A DNA stretch of 64,000 bases from a virus. This document shows, in pieces, positions 46,085 to 54,611 of the stretch. The notes under the pieces are model-generated. The model searched no databases. It saw only the letters and a list, made by a program, of their open reading frames with translations, and was not told where the DNA came from. Numbering within the stretch: position 1 is the stretch's first letter; the number at the start of each line of letters is the position of its first letter. Both the position numbers and the translations under genes were made by a program. Location: positions 50,655 through 114,654 of the IMG/VR virus record IMGVR_UViG_3300040801_001572; one strand, given 5' to 3'.

Positions 46085-46137
46085 GATACTGCATTCTCAG
46101 TGCAGTGAAGAGAGTTCGATTCTCTCATGGGGTACCA
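46063..46137 (+). tRNA. tRNA-Glu(CTC)
   Basis: CTGCA-ttCTCag-TGCAG; CCA. Confidence 0.9.
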
Positions 46138-46212
46138 AACTAAATCGCAATTTGTTACGTAAAGTGATAAGTAACACTGTGTTACAACCCGTAACACTTA
46201 TCCAGGGACGTA

Positions 46213-46560
46213 ATGAAAAAGCAAATTGCGATAATCTTGCTTGGTTCACTCTTTTTGACAGCACAAGGTGCACGAGCACGACCTCTAATTGTGCCGGAGT
46301 ATGAGCACTACCATGTACAAGTCACTGTTGTTCCAGTTAAAACACACAAGGAACTAATCAAAACAGTAAAGCCTTACATGACACGAGGAGAACTCTTAGA
46401 TGCTCCTAATTTACGTGCATACTCAGTAATGATACGTGGTACAAATCAGTGTATAATGTTTGTGCATATGCCCAAACGCGAAAAACAATTTATTGACTGG
46501 GGCCACGAGTTAGGCCATTGTGTATATGGCCGTTGGCACTCAGATATAAGTTTTAGGTGA
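46213..46560 (+). CDS. Secreted protein with HExxH metallopeptidase motif
   Basis: Signal peptide; WGHELGHC. Confidence 0.6.
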   Translation: MKKQIAIILLGSLFLTAQGARARPLIVPEYEHYHVQVTVVPVKTHKELIKTVKPYMTRGELLDAPNLRAYSVMIRGTNQCIMFVHMPKREKQFIDWGHELGHCVYGRWHSDISFR

Positions 46561-46796
46561 TGACAATGACAGCCGGTGACAACCAGAGCATCGGAAGTAT
46601 CAGGTTTGCATTGCCGAGTCGCTGGACGACAAACAACAATGTGGTGTATTGGTGCACACTGCCGTCAGCCCTGTCTACTACGAACAGACCAGCTACGGCG
46701 GAGGATGGCGTTAGAGTCGCCCATAGTGGTTGGATTGATCATCCTGGTCTAGCGGCGGATCTATTTTAATGTTATAATACATTTCTTAAAATTAGA

Positions 46797-46888
46797 CCTC
46801 CTATAGTGTAATGGTAGCACCCAGGATTTATAATCCTGTACCGCCAGATTAGCGGGTAGTTCTGGTTCGAGTCCAGATGGGAGGACCA
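46797..46888 (+). tRNA. tRNA-Ile(TAT) with long variable arm
   Basis: CAGGA-ttTATaa-TCCTG; CCGC/GCGG V hairpin; CCA. Confidence 0.85.
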
Positions 46889-46893
46889 AATAA

Positions 46894-46968
46894 CGTGGTG
46901 TGTGGTGCGGTACCACAGCAGATCTCATAAGTCTGTCTTCGTCGGTTCGAATCCGACCTCCACGACCA
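46894..46968 (+). tRNA. tRNA-Met(CAT)
   Basis: CAGAT-ctCATaa-GTCTG; CCA. Confidence 0.8.
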
Positions 46969-46975
46969 GTTTTAT

Positions 46976-47149
46976 GAGGAATCGTCAATTGTCTCTGTCG
47001 AAGCAAGCATACGGGGGACCACATGCCCTAACTGTATGCAGACGTCATGCATGACGGCTAACCTACAACCTGTTTGTTACTATGTGGAGATTTCAATCAG
47101 GCAACTGTAGGATCTAGCAGTGGCGGGTAAAGCCGTTCTGTCCTCACCA
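46976..47149 (+). ncRNA. Unknown ~174-nt CCA-ended RNA
   Basis: GAGGA/TCCTC end pairing followed by ACCA; internal helices. Confidence 0.5.
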
Positions 47150-47155
47150 AACAAT

Positions 47156-47228
47156 GCCTCGGGCGCTGGGTACGCATACGGCTCTTACAAAGCTGTTGAG
47201 TTCAGTTCGATTCTGAAACGAGGTACCA
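47156..47228 (+). tRNA. tRNA-Val(TAC), atypical D arm
   Basis: CGGCT-ctTACaa-AGCTG; CCA. Confidence 0.7.
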
Positions 47229-47251
47229 AACAATAAAATGAAGGTGTAAAC

Positions 47252-47683
47252 ATGAAAGTATATGTAACGACAGAAGAAAGCTGCTACGACTCATATTTAA
47301 GTTCAGAGCCTTATGGTGATTGGTACGAGCACTGGGACTGCAGAGTCAATGAGGTTTACATACAAAAGGAAGCTGGCCACTATTACGCAGACTCCTTTGA
47401 ACTAGGTGACGTAGATCTAAAATCCGGTTCTCCTGTGTTTGTACTTGTAATGCACTACGACACAGGCGACAGCTTTGGTCGTGCTACAGGTAAAATGGAA
47501 GTACTTTGGGTGTTTGACAATTACCAGGATGCAAGTGATGCTCGCAAAGCTGTTGAAGCTAATCAGGAAGAGTTTTCTGTGAAGTTCGAAACTGCACGTG
47601 GTGAGATAAAAATGAGCAACCCGGGCGCAGGCTATTTCGAAAGCGTAAACAATATCGACATAGTTGATCGCATTTTACGATAG
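47252..47683 (+). CDS. Conserved phage hypothetical protein
   Basis: YDTGDSFG..GYFES motif, also in 52925-53320. Confidence 0.7.
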   Translation: MKVYVTTEESCYDSYLSSEPYGDWYEHWDCRVNEVYIQKEAGHYYADSFELGDVDLKSGSPVFVLVMHYDTGDSFGRATGKMEVLWVFDNYQDASDARKAVEANQEEFSVKFETARGEIKMSNPGAGYFESVNNIDIVDRILR

Positions 47684-47759
47684 GGGTGTCGCCAAGTCTG
47701 GTTAAGGCAACGGGTTTTGATCCCGTCATGCGCAGGTTCGAATCCTGCCACCCCCGCCA
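47682..47759 (+). tRNA. tRNA-Gln(TTG)
   Basis: ACGGG-ttTTGat-CCCGT; CCA. Confidence 0.92.
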
Positions 47760-47765
47760 AACAGT

Positions 47766-47842
47766 TGCGGTGTATCCGGTTGGTTTCCGGCGCCAGGTTT
47801 TGAGCCTGGGCAGATAGAGTTCGATTCTCTACACCGCTGCCA
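47766..47842 (+). tRNA. tRNA-Gln(TTG), second divergent copy
   Basis: CCAGG-ttTTGag-CCTGG; CCA. Confidence 0.8.
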
Positions 47843-47860
47843 AACAATAAGGAGGATGAT

Positions 47861-48013
47861 ATGAGTTCTGTATCTAAAACTCCTAGCCAATTTAAGCTGA
47901 AGCAGATTCGAATCTTGGAACAGAAGATTCGTGCTTGCCAGTTCACCAACCCCAGACTGGCACAGGCCTACCGGCAGGAGTTAAAAAAACTAAAAGACGA
48001 AGTATACGCATAA
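47861..48013 (+). CDS. Small basic protein (50 aa, below ORF-track cutoff)
   Basis: AGGAGG SD; MSSVSKTPSQFKLKQ... Confidence 0.6.
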   Translation: MSSVSKTPSQFKLKQIRILEQKIRACQFTNPRLAQAYRQELKKLKDEVYA

Positions 48014-48062
48014 GAAAAAATCTGCTATAGTCATGAGCTAATGTCGAAGCGAGATCAATGAT

Positions 48063-48524
48063 ATGGAAAACAGAAAAATCTGTGTTCTCTTAGTAGATCA
48101 CCAATACGATTGGGAAAATACTCAGACCCTCACAACTATGCTTCCGGATCTTTGCTGGAAGGAAGTTACTCCCGAGGAAGAAGACATTTACCGTCGTTAT
48201 GCAATGCTAAAGAATAGCAAGCTCAAAAACACTAACTATTCGTATCAGGTATTTGTTCATTTGCCACATGAACAGGTGGTGATGGACATTGACTTTGAGA
48301 AAGCCAAAGCTGAAATTGAAGAGGAAGAGGCCCGCAAAGCAGCCGAGAAGTCCAAGCGACAGAAGTCTGCTACTAAGAGCAAATTGACTAGAGAGATCAA
48401 GAAAGTCAAAAACCAAATCGACGCACTGCTTGATCCTGAGCTTGGGTACACTGAAACTTCTCTAGAAATCGTGAAGCTTCGTGACAAAATAGCAACCCTG
48501 GAAAAACAAAAACTGGAATTGTAA
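48063..48524 (+). CDS. Hypothetical protein
   Basis: ORF track. Confidence 0.6.
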   Translation: MENRKICVLLVDHQYDWENTQTLTTMLPDLCWKEVTPEEEDIYRRYAMLKNSKLKNTNYSYQVFVHLPHEQVVMDIDFEKAKAEIEEEEARKAAEKSKRQKSATKSKLTREIKKVKNQIDALLDPELGYTETSLEIVKLRDKIATLEKQKLEL

Positions 48525-48859
48525 TGGATCAAAACATCGATTTAATCCGTTCGCTCAAAGGCAAACGCAAAGGCGGCACAATCGAAGATTGGCAGCAAAC
48601 CGATCCAATCGAAGGCCACGAATACACTGGTTCTATTATCTACGGTAAAATTGTAGATGATCCTAAGTGGGGTAACACCGGAGCATTTCGAACTTCCGAG
48701 GTAGTGAAAATTCACGAAAAAGAAGGCATCGTGGAAACACGCAATACATACTACAAGCTGGGCAAGAAATTTACACCGCCTGTGCTGACCGAAGAAGAAA
48801 AAGCAGAAAAGCAGAAACAGCTCGATGATGCTGTTGAAACGCTGAGGCACTTCATATAA
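48524..48859 (+). CDS. Conserved phage hypothetical protein
   Basis: RTSEVV..VETRNTYYKL. Confidence 0.65.
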   Translation: MDQNIDLIRSLKGKRKGGTIEDWQQTDPIEGHEYTGSIIYGKIVDDPKWGNTGAFRTSEVVKIHEKEGIVETRNTYYKLGKKFTPPVLTEEEKAEKQKQLDDAVETLRHFI

Positions 48860-48869
48860 ATAACTGTAT

Positions 48870-48943
48870 GCGGGATTAGCATAGTGGCAATGCCCCTCGT
48901 TGCCAACGAGGCTAGAGGAGTTCGATTCTCCTATTCCGCTCCA
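48870..48943 (+). tRNA. tRNA-Gly(GCC)
   Basis: Canonical; U73; CCA. Confidence 0.92.
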
Positions 48944-48971
48944 ATTCAATTAACCGTTAAGGAGAAAGGTT

Positions 48972-49016
48972 ATGAACAAACGAAAACCTAGCAAACTTAA
49001 CGGCACACCGAAGTAA
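48972..49016 (+). CDS. Lys-rich 14-aa leader ORF
   Basis: AAGGAG SD; MNKRKPSKLNGTPK. Confidence 0.55.
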   Translation: MNKRKPSKLNGTPK

Positions 49017-49059
49017 TATTCCTAGAGAATCCCGGTGTGTCGTGAAAATTTGATACATC

Positions 49060-49149
49060 GGGAGGTTTACCGAATGGCTGAAGGTACCTGACTTTTAATC
49101 AGGCGCGGAGAAATCCCCACTCTGGGTTCGAGTCCCAGGCCTCCCACCA
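49060..49149 (+). tRNA. tRNA-Lys(TTT) with long variable arm
   Basis: CCTGA-ctTTTaa-TCAGG; 18-nt V region; CCA. Confidence 0.85.
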
Positions 49150-49152
49150 TTC

Positions 49153-49229
49153 GGGGCGCTAACTCAATTGCGTAGAGTAACAGGCTTTTACCCTGTAGGT
49201 TCTGGGTTCGAATCCCAGGCGTCCCACCA
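49153..49229 (+). tRNA. tRNA-Lys(TTT)
   Basis: ACAGG-ctTTTac-CCTGT; CCA. Confidence 0.9.
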
Positions 49230-49238
49230 AACACTCTA

Positions 49239-49314
49239 GGGTTGCTAACTCAATTGGCAGAGTACCTAATTCTTAATTAGGAGGTTCCGAGTTCGAGACT
49301 CGGGCAACCCACCA
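49239..49314 (+). tRNA. tRNA-Lys(CTT)
   Basis: CCTAA-ttCTTaa-TTAGG; CCA. Confidence 0.9.
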
Positions 49315-49322
49315 AATTCTCT

Positions 49323-49398
49323 AGGACGCTAACTCAATTGGTAGAGTAACCGGCTTTTAACCGGTAAGTTCTGGGTTCGAGCCCCAGGCGTCCTACCA
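49323..49398 (+). tRNA. tRNA-Lys(TTT)
   Basis: ACCGG-ctTTTaa-CCGGT; CCA. Confidence 0.92.
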
Positions 49399-49439
49399 AA
49401 TTCTTTCAAGTTAACTGCTCTGGCCGAATAAGTACAGAC

Positions 49440-50063
49440 ATGTTAATTTGTGAATTTTGTGGTAAACAGTGTTTGAAAAATAACGGCTTTAAACAGCACG
49501 TCAGAATGTGCCCGAAAAATCCAAATCGGGTTTATAAGAACGGTATGCTAGGTAAAAAAGGTCGCAACCAGTGGATGAAGGCGAAAGACGAAGGCACCGA
49601 ATATGTGCTGTCGGACGTAACAAGAAAGAAACTTTCAAATGCTGCTTCGGGTCGCAAACACACCGAAGAAACAAAAAAGATAATCAGCAAAAAGCGTAAG
49701 AAGTATCTTGAAGAAAATCCCGATCAAGTTCCTTACAAACTGAATCATTATTCGAAGGGACCATCTTATGCAGAATCTTACTGGAAAGATATTTTAGATT
49801 TGCATGAGGTCAACTATATCGCAGAACATCAAATTTATTTGTATTCCTTAGACTTTGCGATTCCTGATAAAATGATCGACTTAGAGATCGACGGTAACCA
49901 ACATTATTTAGATGAGCGAATCGTCGAAAGCGATAAAAGGCGTACAGAATATTTAGAAAATCAGGGCTGGACAATAGTTCGTGTTCGCTGGTCTGAATAT
50001 CAGAAATTATCTAAGCATGATAGAGAATCCTACGTTGCAGATCTTATTGCGCAGCTTTTTTGA
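49440..50063 (+). CDS. Vsr/DUF559-like endonuclease with Zn finger and NUMOD3
   Basis: LDFA..IDLEIDGNQH..GWTIVRVRW; HTEETKKIIS. Confidence 0.85.
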   Translation: MLICEFCGKQCLKNNGFKQHVRMCPKNPNRVYKNGMLGKKGRNQWMKAKDEGTEYVLSDVTRKKLSNAASGRKHTEETKKIISKKRKKYLEENPDQVPYKLNHYSKGPSYAESYWKDILDLHEVNYIAEHQIYLYSLDFAIPDKMIDLEIDGNQHYLDERIVESDKRRTEYLENQGWTIVRVRWSEYQKLSKHDRESYVADLIAQLF

Positions 50064-50668
50064 CTGTGTTAGTGTTAGTGTATGACAAAACTGTACAAAA
50101 AGATAGACAGACTGATAGATCTAGTCGACACAGCAAAGCATTCCAGTTATGGTGTTACATATTGGCAAAGAGGTGATGGTTCGAGGTATCGAGAGCCAAA
50201 CTGGATACATTGCGAAACAGGTCGCGCAGCAGATGCATTTGAAAATATTCGAGCAGTAAGCCCCGGGCATCGTAGATTAACAGTGAGGGGTGAATTTGTG
50301 TCCGATGGTTACGACGACGCTATTATTGCAAAGGGTATCATATTCATTCTTCGAACTGAAAGCAAAATACAGTTCGGGACACTGAGTTTGTTAAGAAACT
50401 CGGATATATGGAAAGCCAAATATGAAGATGAAGATTAGAGAAACAGATTGGTTCAAGCGCAGACTGCCTACCCCACAACCAAAGGCAATAGATGTCAAGG
50501 TGCATAACTTGGTACTTGAGCAAAACCATATGTGTAAAATGACAGCATATTATGATGATGGTTCTGTGTTTCAACTGAATGCAAGAGTCAATCAAAATGA
50601 TATCAAAGGTACATGGACAGTGCACGGTATTGATCATTTAGGACACAGTGTACTGGTAGATATAGTCG

Positions 50669-50890
50669 ATGAATGAAATCGATCTTCACGGCTACCTATT
50701 AGAGGATGCATTAGAAGAAGTGCATCGCCTAATAGCTAGAGTGAGAATGAGCGGCCACCCACAGCAGGTGAGAATCATAACGGGTCATGGCCCCATTCGT
50801 GAATCGGTTAAGCAGTTATTGACAAGTTATGGTATTGAGCATAATATCATGATTGGTAATACAGGCACAATAGTTGCAGTAGTAGACTGA
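50669..50890 (+). CDS. Stand-alone Smr-domain protein
   Basis: IDLHGYLLEDA...IITGHG...NTG. Confidence 0.85.
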   Translation: MNEIDLHGYLLEDALEEVHRLIARVRMSGHPQQVRIITGHGPIRESVKQLLTSYGIEHNIMIGNTGTIVAVVD

Positions 50891-51295
50891 TGGCATACGC
50901 AATTTTCGTTAAAGGCGAAAAATGGAAGTACCGTTATACTGAACGAGGAACTCCAGTTCAGTTTAACAGTTCTTTCGATGCAGCGGATTGGTTAAGCAAT
51001 AAGCAGATGATCTGTAGAGCATATCGTCCACACCAGCTGATACAGGTAGATACTATGTCTCGACTTGAAGATTTAATGGAGATCGGCGCGAAGCGCATTG
51101 ATGCCACAATTGAGGCCGTGATTGAAAAGAACGAAAGCGAATGGGAAACAGGCAAAACGCTTGAACTGCAACCGTTCTTGGATAAGCACCTGGCAGGCTT
51201 GCCTGACTATGCGGATATTCCGAGCATGGAAGATCGTCAAACAATGGCAGCATCACAACCTACCTAGGTTCGGGATTCTGCTTGCTAAATAACGT

Positions 51296-51703
51296 ATGAG
51301 TGAGCCCAAAACATATAATTGTTTGTCTTGTGGCAAAGAAAATCTGTGGAAAGGACATAGTTACAGAAACAAATACTGCAACAATGAGTGCCAGCACGAT
51401 TACCAGCATCGTGAACGAATCAAGATTTGGTTCGAAACAGGACAAATAGGAGCTCATGTAGCAAAACGTTACTTACTCGAAAAGACAGGCTGTTGTGCCA
51501 TATGCGGCATAACAAGTTGGAATGAAAAAGAGATTGTTTTTGATCTTGACCATATCGACGGAAACAGTCAAAATAATAGACCCGAGAATTTGAGATTATT
51601 GTGTCCTAATTGTCATTCGCAAACAGACACATATAAGGCTCGCAACACGGGAAATGGCAGACACGCTAGAAGGCAGCGTTATGCTAAAGGAAAAAGTTTT
51701 TAA
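51296..51703 (+). CDS. HNH endonuclease
   Basis: CAICG..LDHIDGNSQNNRPENLRLLCPNCH. Confidence 0.92.
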   Translation: MSEPKTYNCLSCGKENLWKGHSYRNKYCNNECQHDYQHRERIKIWFETGQIGAHVAKRYLLEKTGCCAICGITSWNEKEIVFDLDHIDGNSQNNRPENLRLLCPNCHSQTDTYKARNTGNGRHARRQRYAKGKSF

Positions 51704-51704
51704 C

Positions 51705-51980
51705 GCCGGTATAGCTCAGCAGGTAGAGCAACTGACTTGAAAAGACGAGTGCTCCGAAGGAAACTTTGGAAGTAGAACTCCTCAAATTCGGGGAAACCTT
51801 TAACATGGCAATCCCGAGCGAAGCCCGGAAGGGAACGTGTAGAGACTTGACGGGGAGCAGCTAAGTCGTTAGATACGCTGAAGAGAAAGTCCAGACCACA
51901 AACGGTAAATGCCGGCAACGAAAGTTGTAGTTGGTAAGGTAATCAGTAGGTCCCGTGTTCGATTCATGGTGCCGGCACCA
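51705..51980 (+). tRNA. tRNA-Thr(TGT) interrupted by a group I intron (exons 51705-51738, 51939-51980)
   Basis: Spliced ACTGA-ctT|GTaa-TCAGT; body resembles proteobacterial tRNA-Thr(UGU); CCA. Confidence 0.9.
51739..51938 (+). mobile_element. Group I self-splicing intron, 200 nt, no ORF (IC3-like)
   Basis: P AAATTCGGGGAA, Q AATCCCGAGC, R GTAGAGACTTGACG, S AAGAGAAAGTCC; P1 with U-G at 5' splice site; terminal G. Confidence 0.9.
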
Positions 51981-52221
51981 TTTCACCAGAGGCAGAAATG
52001 ATGTACTATCTTATTTGTTGTCTTCTTTGGGCATCCTGGGCAGCATATATGCAGGATAAACATTTCGGAAGAAATGTTCCGATGATTATTTTTGCCTTTT
52101 GCTTGAATTTTTTGTTGATGCCTGCTTGCGTAGCACTAGCAACATGGAACAAGATCAAGTACGGTAGTGTCATCAAGCGTCACAGAAACAAAGAAGAATA
52201 ATATACTCGATAAATACTCGT

Positions 52222-52515
52222 ATGCGATTATACGAGTTTGATTCTGCAAGGAAAGACGGAGACGGGAGTCCACAAGAAGGCTTCACTGCAAAGGTTTGGC
52301 TTGAGAACGAAACGTTCTTCACTGTGTTCTTTGATTACAACATCATTGACGATGTTTGGAAAGCAAAGAACTATCAAGGCCCAAACGAATATCTTCCTGC
52401 CGTAACAAGCTATTCGTGGCCAGGCGGCCCGCTAATACCCGACGAAGTCAAAAGATCTTTTGAGAGACATTGGGTAAAATTTCCCCCTATGCCGCCTATT
52501 GACAGAATAGACTGA
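52222..52515 (+). CDS. Hypothetical late protein (MRLYEF...)
   Basis: TAAATA-N5-ATG. Confidence 0.65.
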   Translation: MRLYEFDSARKDGDGSPQEGFTAKVWLENETFFTVFFDYNIIDDVWKAKNYQGPNEYLPAVTSYSWPGGPLIPDEVKRSFERHWVKFPPMPPIDRID

Positions 52516-52531
52516 ATTCCTTTATAATATT

Positions 52532-52606
52532 GCCCTTGTAGTACAACGGCCAGTACACCGCTTTGGTAAAGCGGAGACGATAGTTCGACTCTATCCCTGG
52601 GCACCA
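52532..52606 (+). tRNA. tRNA-Thr(GGT)
   Basis: CCGCT-ttGGTaa-AGCGG; CCA. Confidence 0.9.
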
Positions 52607-52924
52607 AAATATGTTTATAACTATATTGCAAATTTACGTGACACTCTGTGTCCTCTACGGACTGTTCGGCGCATACTGCGGATGGAAAGAGTATAAGACA
52701 CCTTTGGCTCCGGTCGGGTTTTTCTTTTACTTTGCTGTTCTTACGCCAGTGGGGTTGCCAAAAACAATCTATTTAACTATTAGGGATTGGTATGTCAAAA
52801 GGAAGCAGTAGAAGACCTAGGCAAATTTCTGCACAACAAGAAGAGCTCAGATGGGAACTGATGAGCAGTAAAACTACCCCGGAACGAAAACAAGAAATCA
52901 AGAAGATTTTGGCGAGTATGAAAG

Positions 52925-53320
52925 ATGCTACATTGGACAATAGAGATTGATTACACAACAGGTGATACATTCGGTAGCGAAGATATCACAGGCAGCAGTG
53001 TAGGTTATTGCTGGAAAGACAAAGAGCTTGCAATCGAAGCGCTAAAGTCAATTGAAGAGCACTATGAGCTTTATCAGCTAGGTGACGATCGTTATTATCG
53101 TTGGCGCCCAGAAAGGAAAAAAGAACTGGATGCTCGAAAGAAAGAGCTCAAGGCTCGTCCCTGGTATGATAAGCAGCTCACATATTCTATAAAAGTGCAG
53201 GGCAACGACGGAGAAACAACCCACATTAGCGCATTTTGGTGCGGCTACTTCGAAACATTAAATGCAGCTCGTGTTGTGTCTATTGACCCAGATGCAGATA
53301 GAATGGAATTTAGACCATGA
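52925..53320 (+). CDS. Conserved phage hypothetical protein
   Basis: YTTGDTFG..AFWCGYFETL. Confidence 0.7.
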   Translation: MLHWTIEIDYTTGDTFGSEDITGSSVGYCWKDKELAIEALKSIEEHYELYQLGDDRYYRWRPERKKELDARKKELKARPWYDKQLTYSIKVQGNDGETTHISAFWCGYFETLNAARVVSIDPDADRMEFRP

Positions 53321-53512
53321 CAAGAGATCGCAAAAAAGAGTTTCTTCGCAAACTAGCAGATTTGCTCGAAGAGTACGACGAAGTGATTGAATCAGGACAC
53401 GACACAGAGCCATATACTGGATCGCCTACTAGCTATGTTATAGTGTGCGGAAGAGAAACTAGTTACGACTTTTACGCAGATGATGCTCGTGCACTTGCAG
53501 AAAAAATATAAC

Positions 53513-53590
53513 GCGCCTGTAGAGAATTGGAATATCGGCCTTACTTAAAATAAGGTGTCATTGTCGGTTCGATCCCGACCAGGCGCACCA
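53513..53590 (+). tRNA. tRNA-Leu(TAA), short variable loop
   Basis: CCTTA-ctTAAaa-TAAGG; CCA. Confidence 0.85.
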
Positions 53591-53780
53591 ATTATGACTG
53601 AGCAAGAACAATTAGAAAAATTATCAAAGTCACTCGAAGAAACCGTTAGTAAACTTGCTCGGCTTGTAGACAGTTTTGAAAAATTAGGTGCAAACATCGA
53701 GCACCTAGAAAAACAGAAGCAAGAATTAGACACAATCAGTAAACAAATTGAAACTTTACGAAATAATAAAAAAGGATAAG

Positions 53781-54611
53781 ATGAAACCTATTTGCATTTA
53801 TCACGGCAATTGTGCCGATGGGATGAGCGCCGCTGCGGTTGTAGCATGGAAACTGGGTGCAGACAACGTTGATTTTCACCCGGGGTTCTACGGAGAAGAT
53901 CCGCCCGATGTGAAAGGACGTACAGTTTATGTTGTAGACTTTTCTTATCCCCGTGAACAAACAGTTGAGATGGCCAAGCAGGCAGAGAAAATTATTATCC
54001 TCGATCATCACAAAACAGCAGAGAAAAATCTAGTGGACTTGCCCGACAACGTCGAAGCCGAATTCGATATGAACCGGTCTGGTGCAATGATGGCATGGGA
54101 CTATTTCTATCCTGGGGAAAAACCTCCCCGTGTGCTCGAGCATGTGCAGGATCGTGACCTGTGGAGATTCAAACTCGAAAACACTCGTGAGATACAAGCG
54201 GCATTGTTTTCGTACCCCTATGACATAGAACTATGGTGTGGTCTAGTGTTAACAGACGAACACATCGATCAGCTTATACAAGATGGCGTCGCCATTAACC
54301 GTAAGCACCTCAAAGACGTACATGAATTAATCGACGTCGGCACTCACGAAATTGAATTGGCTGGATATACAGTTCCTGCCCTAAACGTGCCCTACATGCA
54401 TAGTTCTGAGGCAGGTTCGAAGCTAGCAATTGACAAACCCTTTGCAGCCTGTTATTTTGTAAATGAAAATGAAGTCTATGTGAGTCTCCGCTCAACTGAC
54501 GAAGGCGTGGATGTAAGTGAAGTTGCAGAAAGCTATGGCGGCGGCGGACACAAAAAGGCGGCCGCATTTAGAATGAGCAGAACAGACTTCAAGAAAATTT
54601 TTCCCAAATAG
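53781..54611 (+). CDS. DHH/DHHA1 phosphoesterase
   Basis: YHGNCADG, VDFS, ILDHH, SLRS, YGGGGHKKAA. Confidence 0.92.
   Translation: MKPICIYHGNCADGMSAAAVVAWKLGADNVDFHPGFYGEDPPDVKGRTVYVVDFSYPREQTVEMAKQAEKIIILDHHKTAEKNLVDLPDNVEAEFDMNRSGAMMAWDYFYPGEKPPRVLEHVQDRDLWRFKLENTREIQAALFSYPYDIELWCGLVLTDEHIDQLIQDGVAINRKHLKDVHELIDVGTHEIELAGYTVPALNVPYMHSSEAGSKLAIDKPFAACYFVNENEVYVSLRSTDEGVDVSEVAESYGGGGHKKAAAFRMSRTDFKKIFPK

Noticed and set aside
46976-47149. tmRNA
   Set aside because: Only ~174 nt, with no G3:U70 Ala acceptor, canonical T loop or tag ORF visible; no tmRNA confidently found in the window.
51705-51745. Truncated tRNA-Phe or tRNA-Ser (reads CTTGAAA)
   Set aside because: GAAA is the start of the group I intron; splicing gives TGT (Thr).
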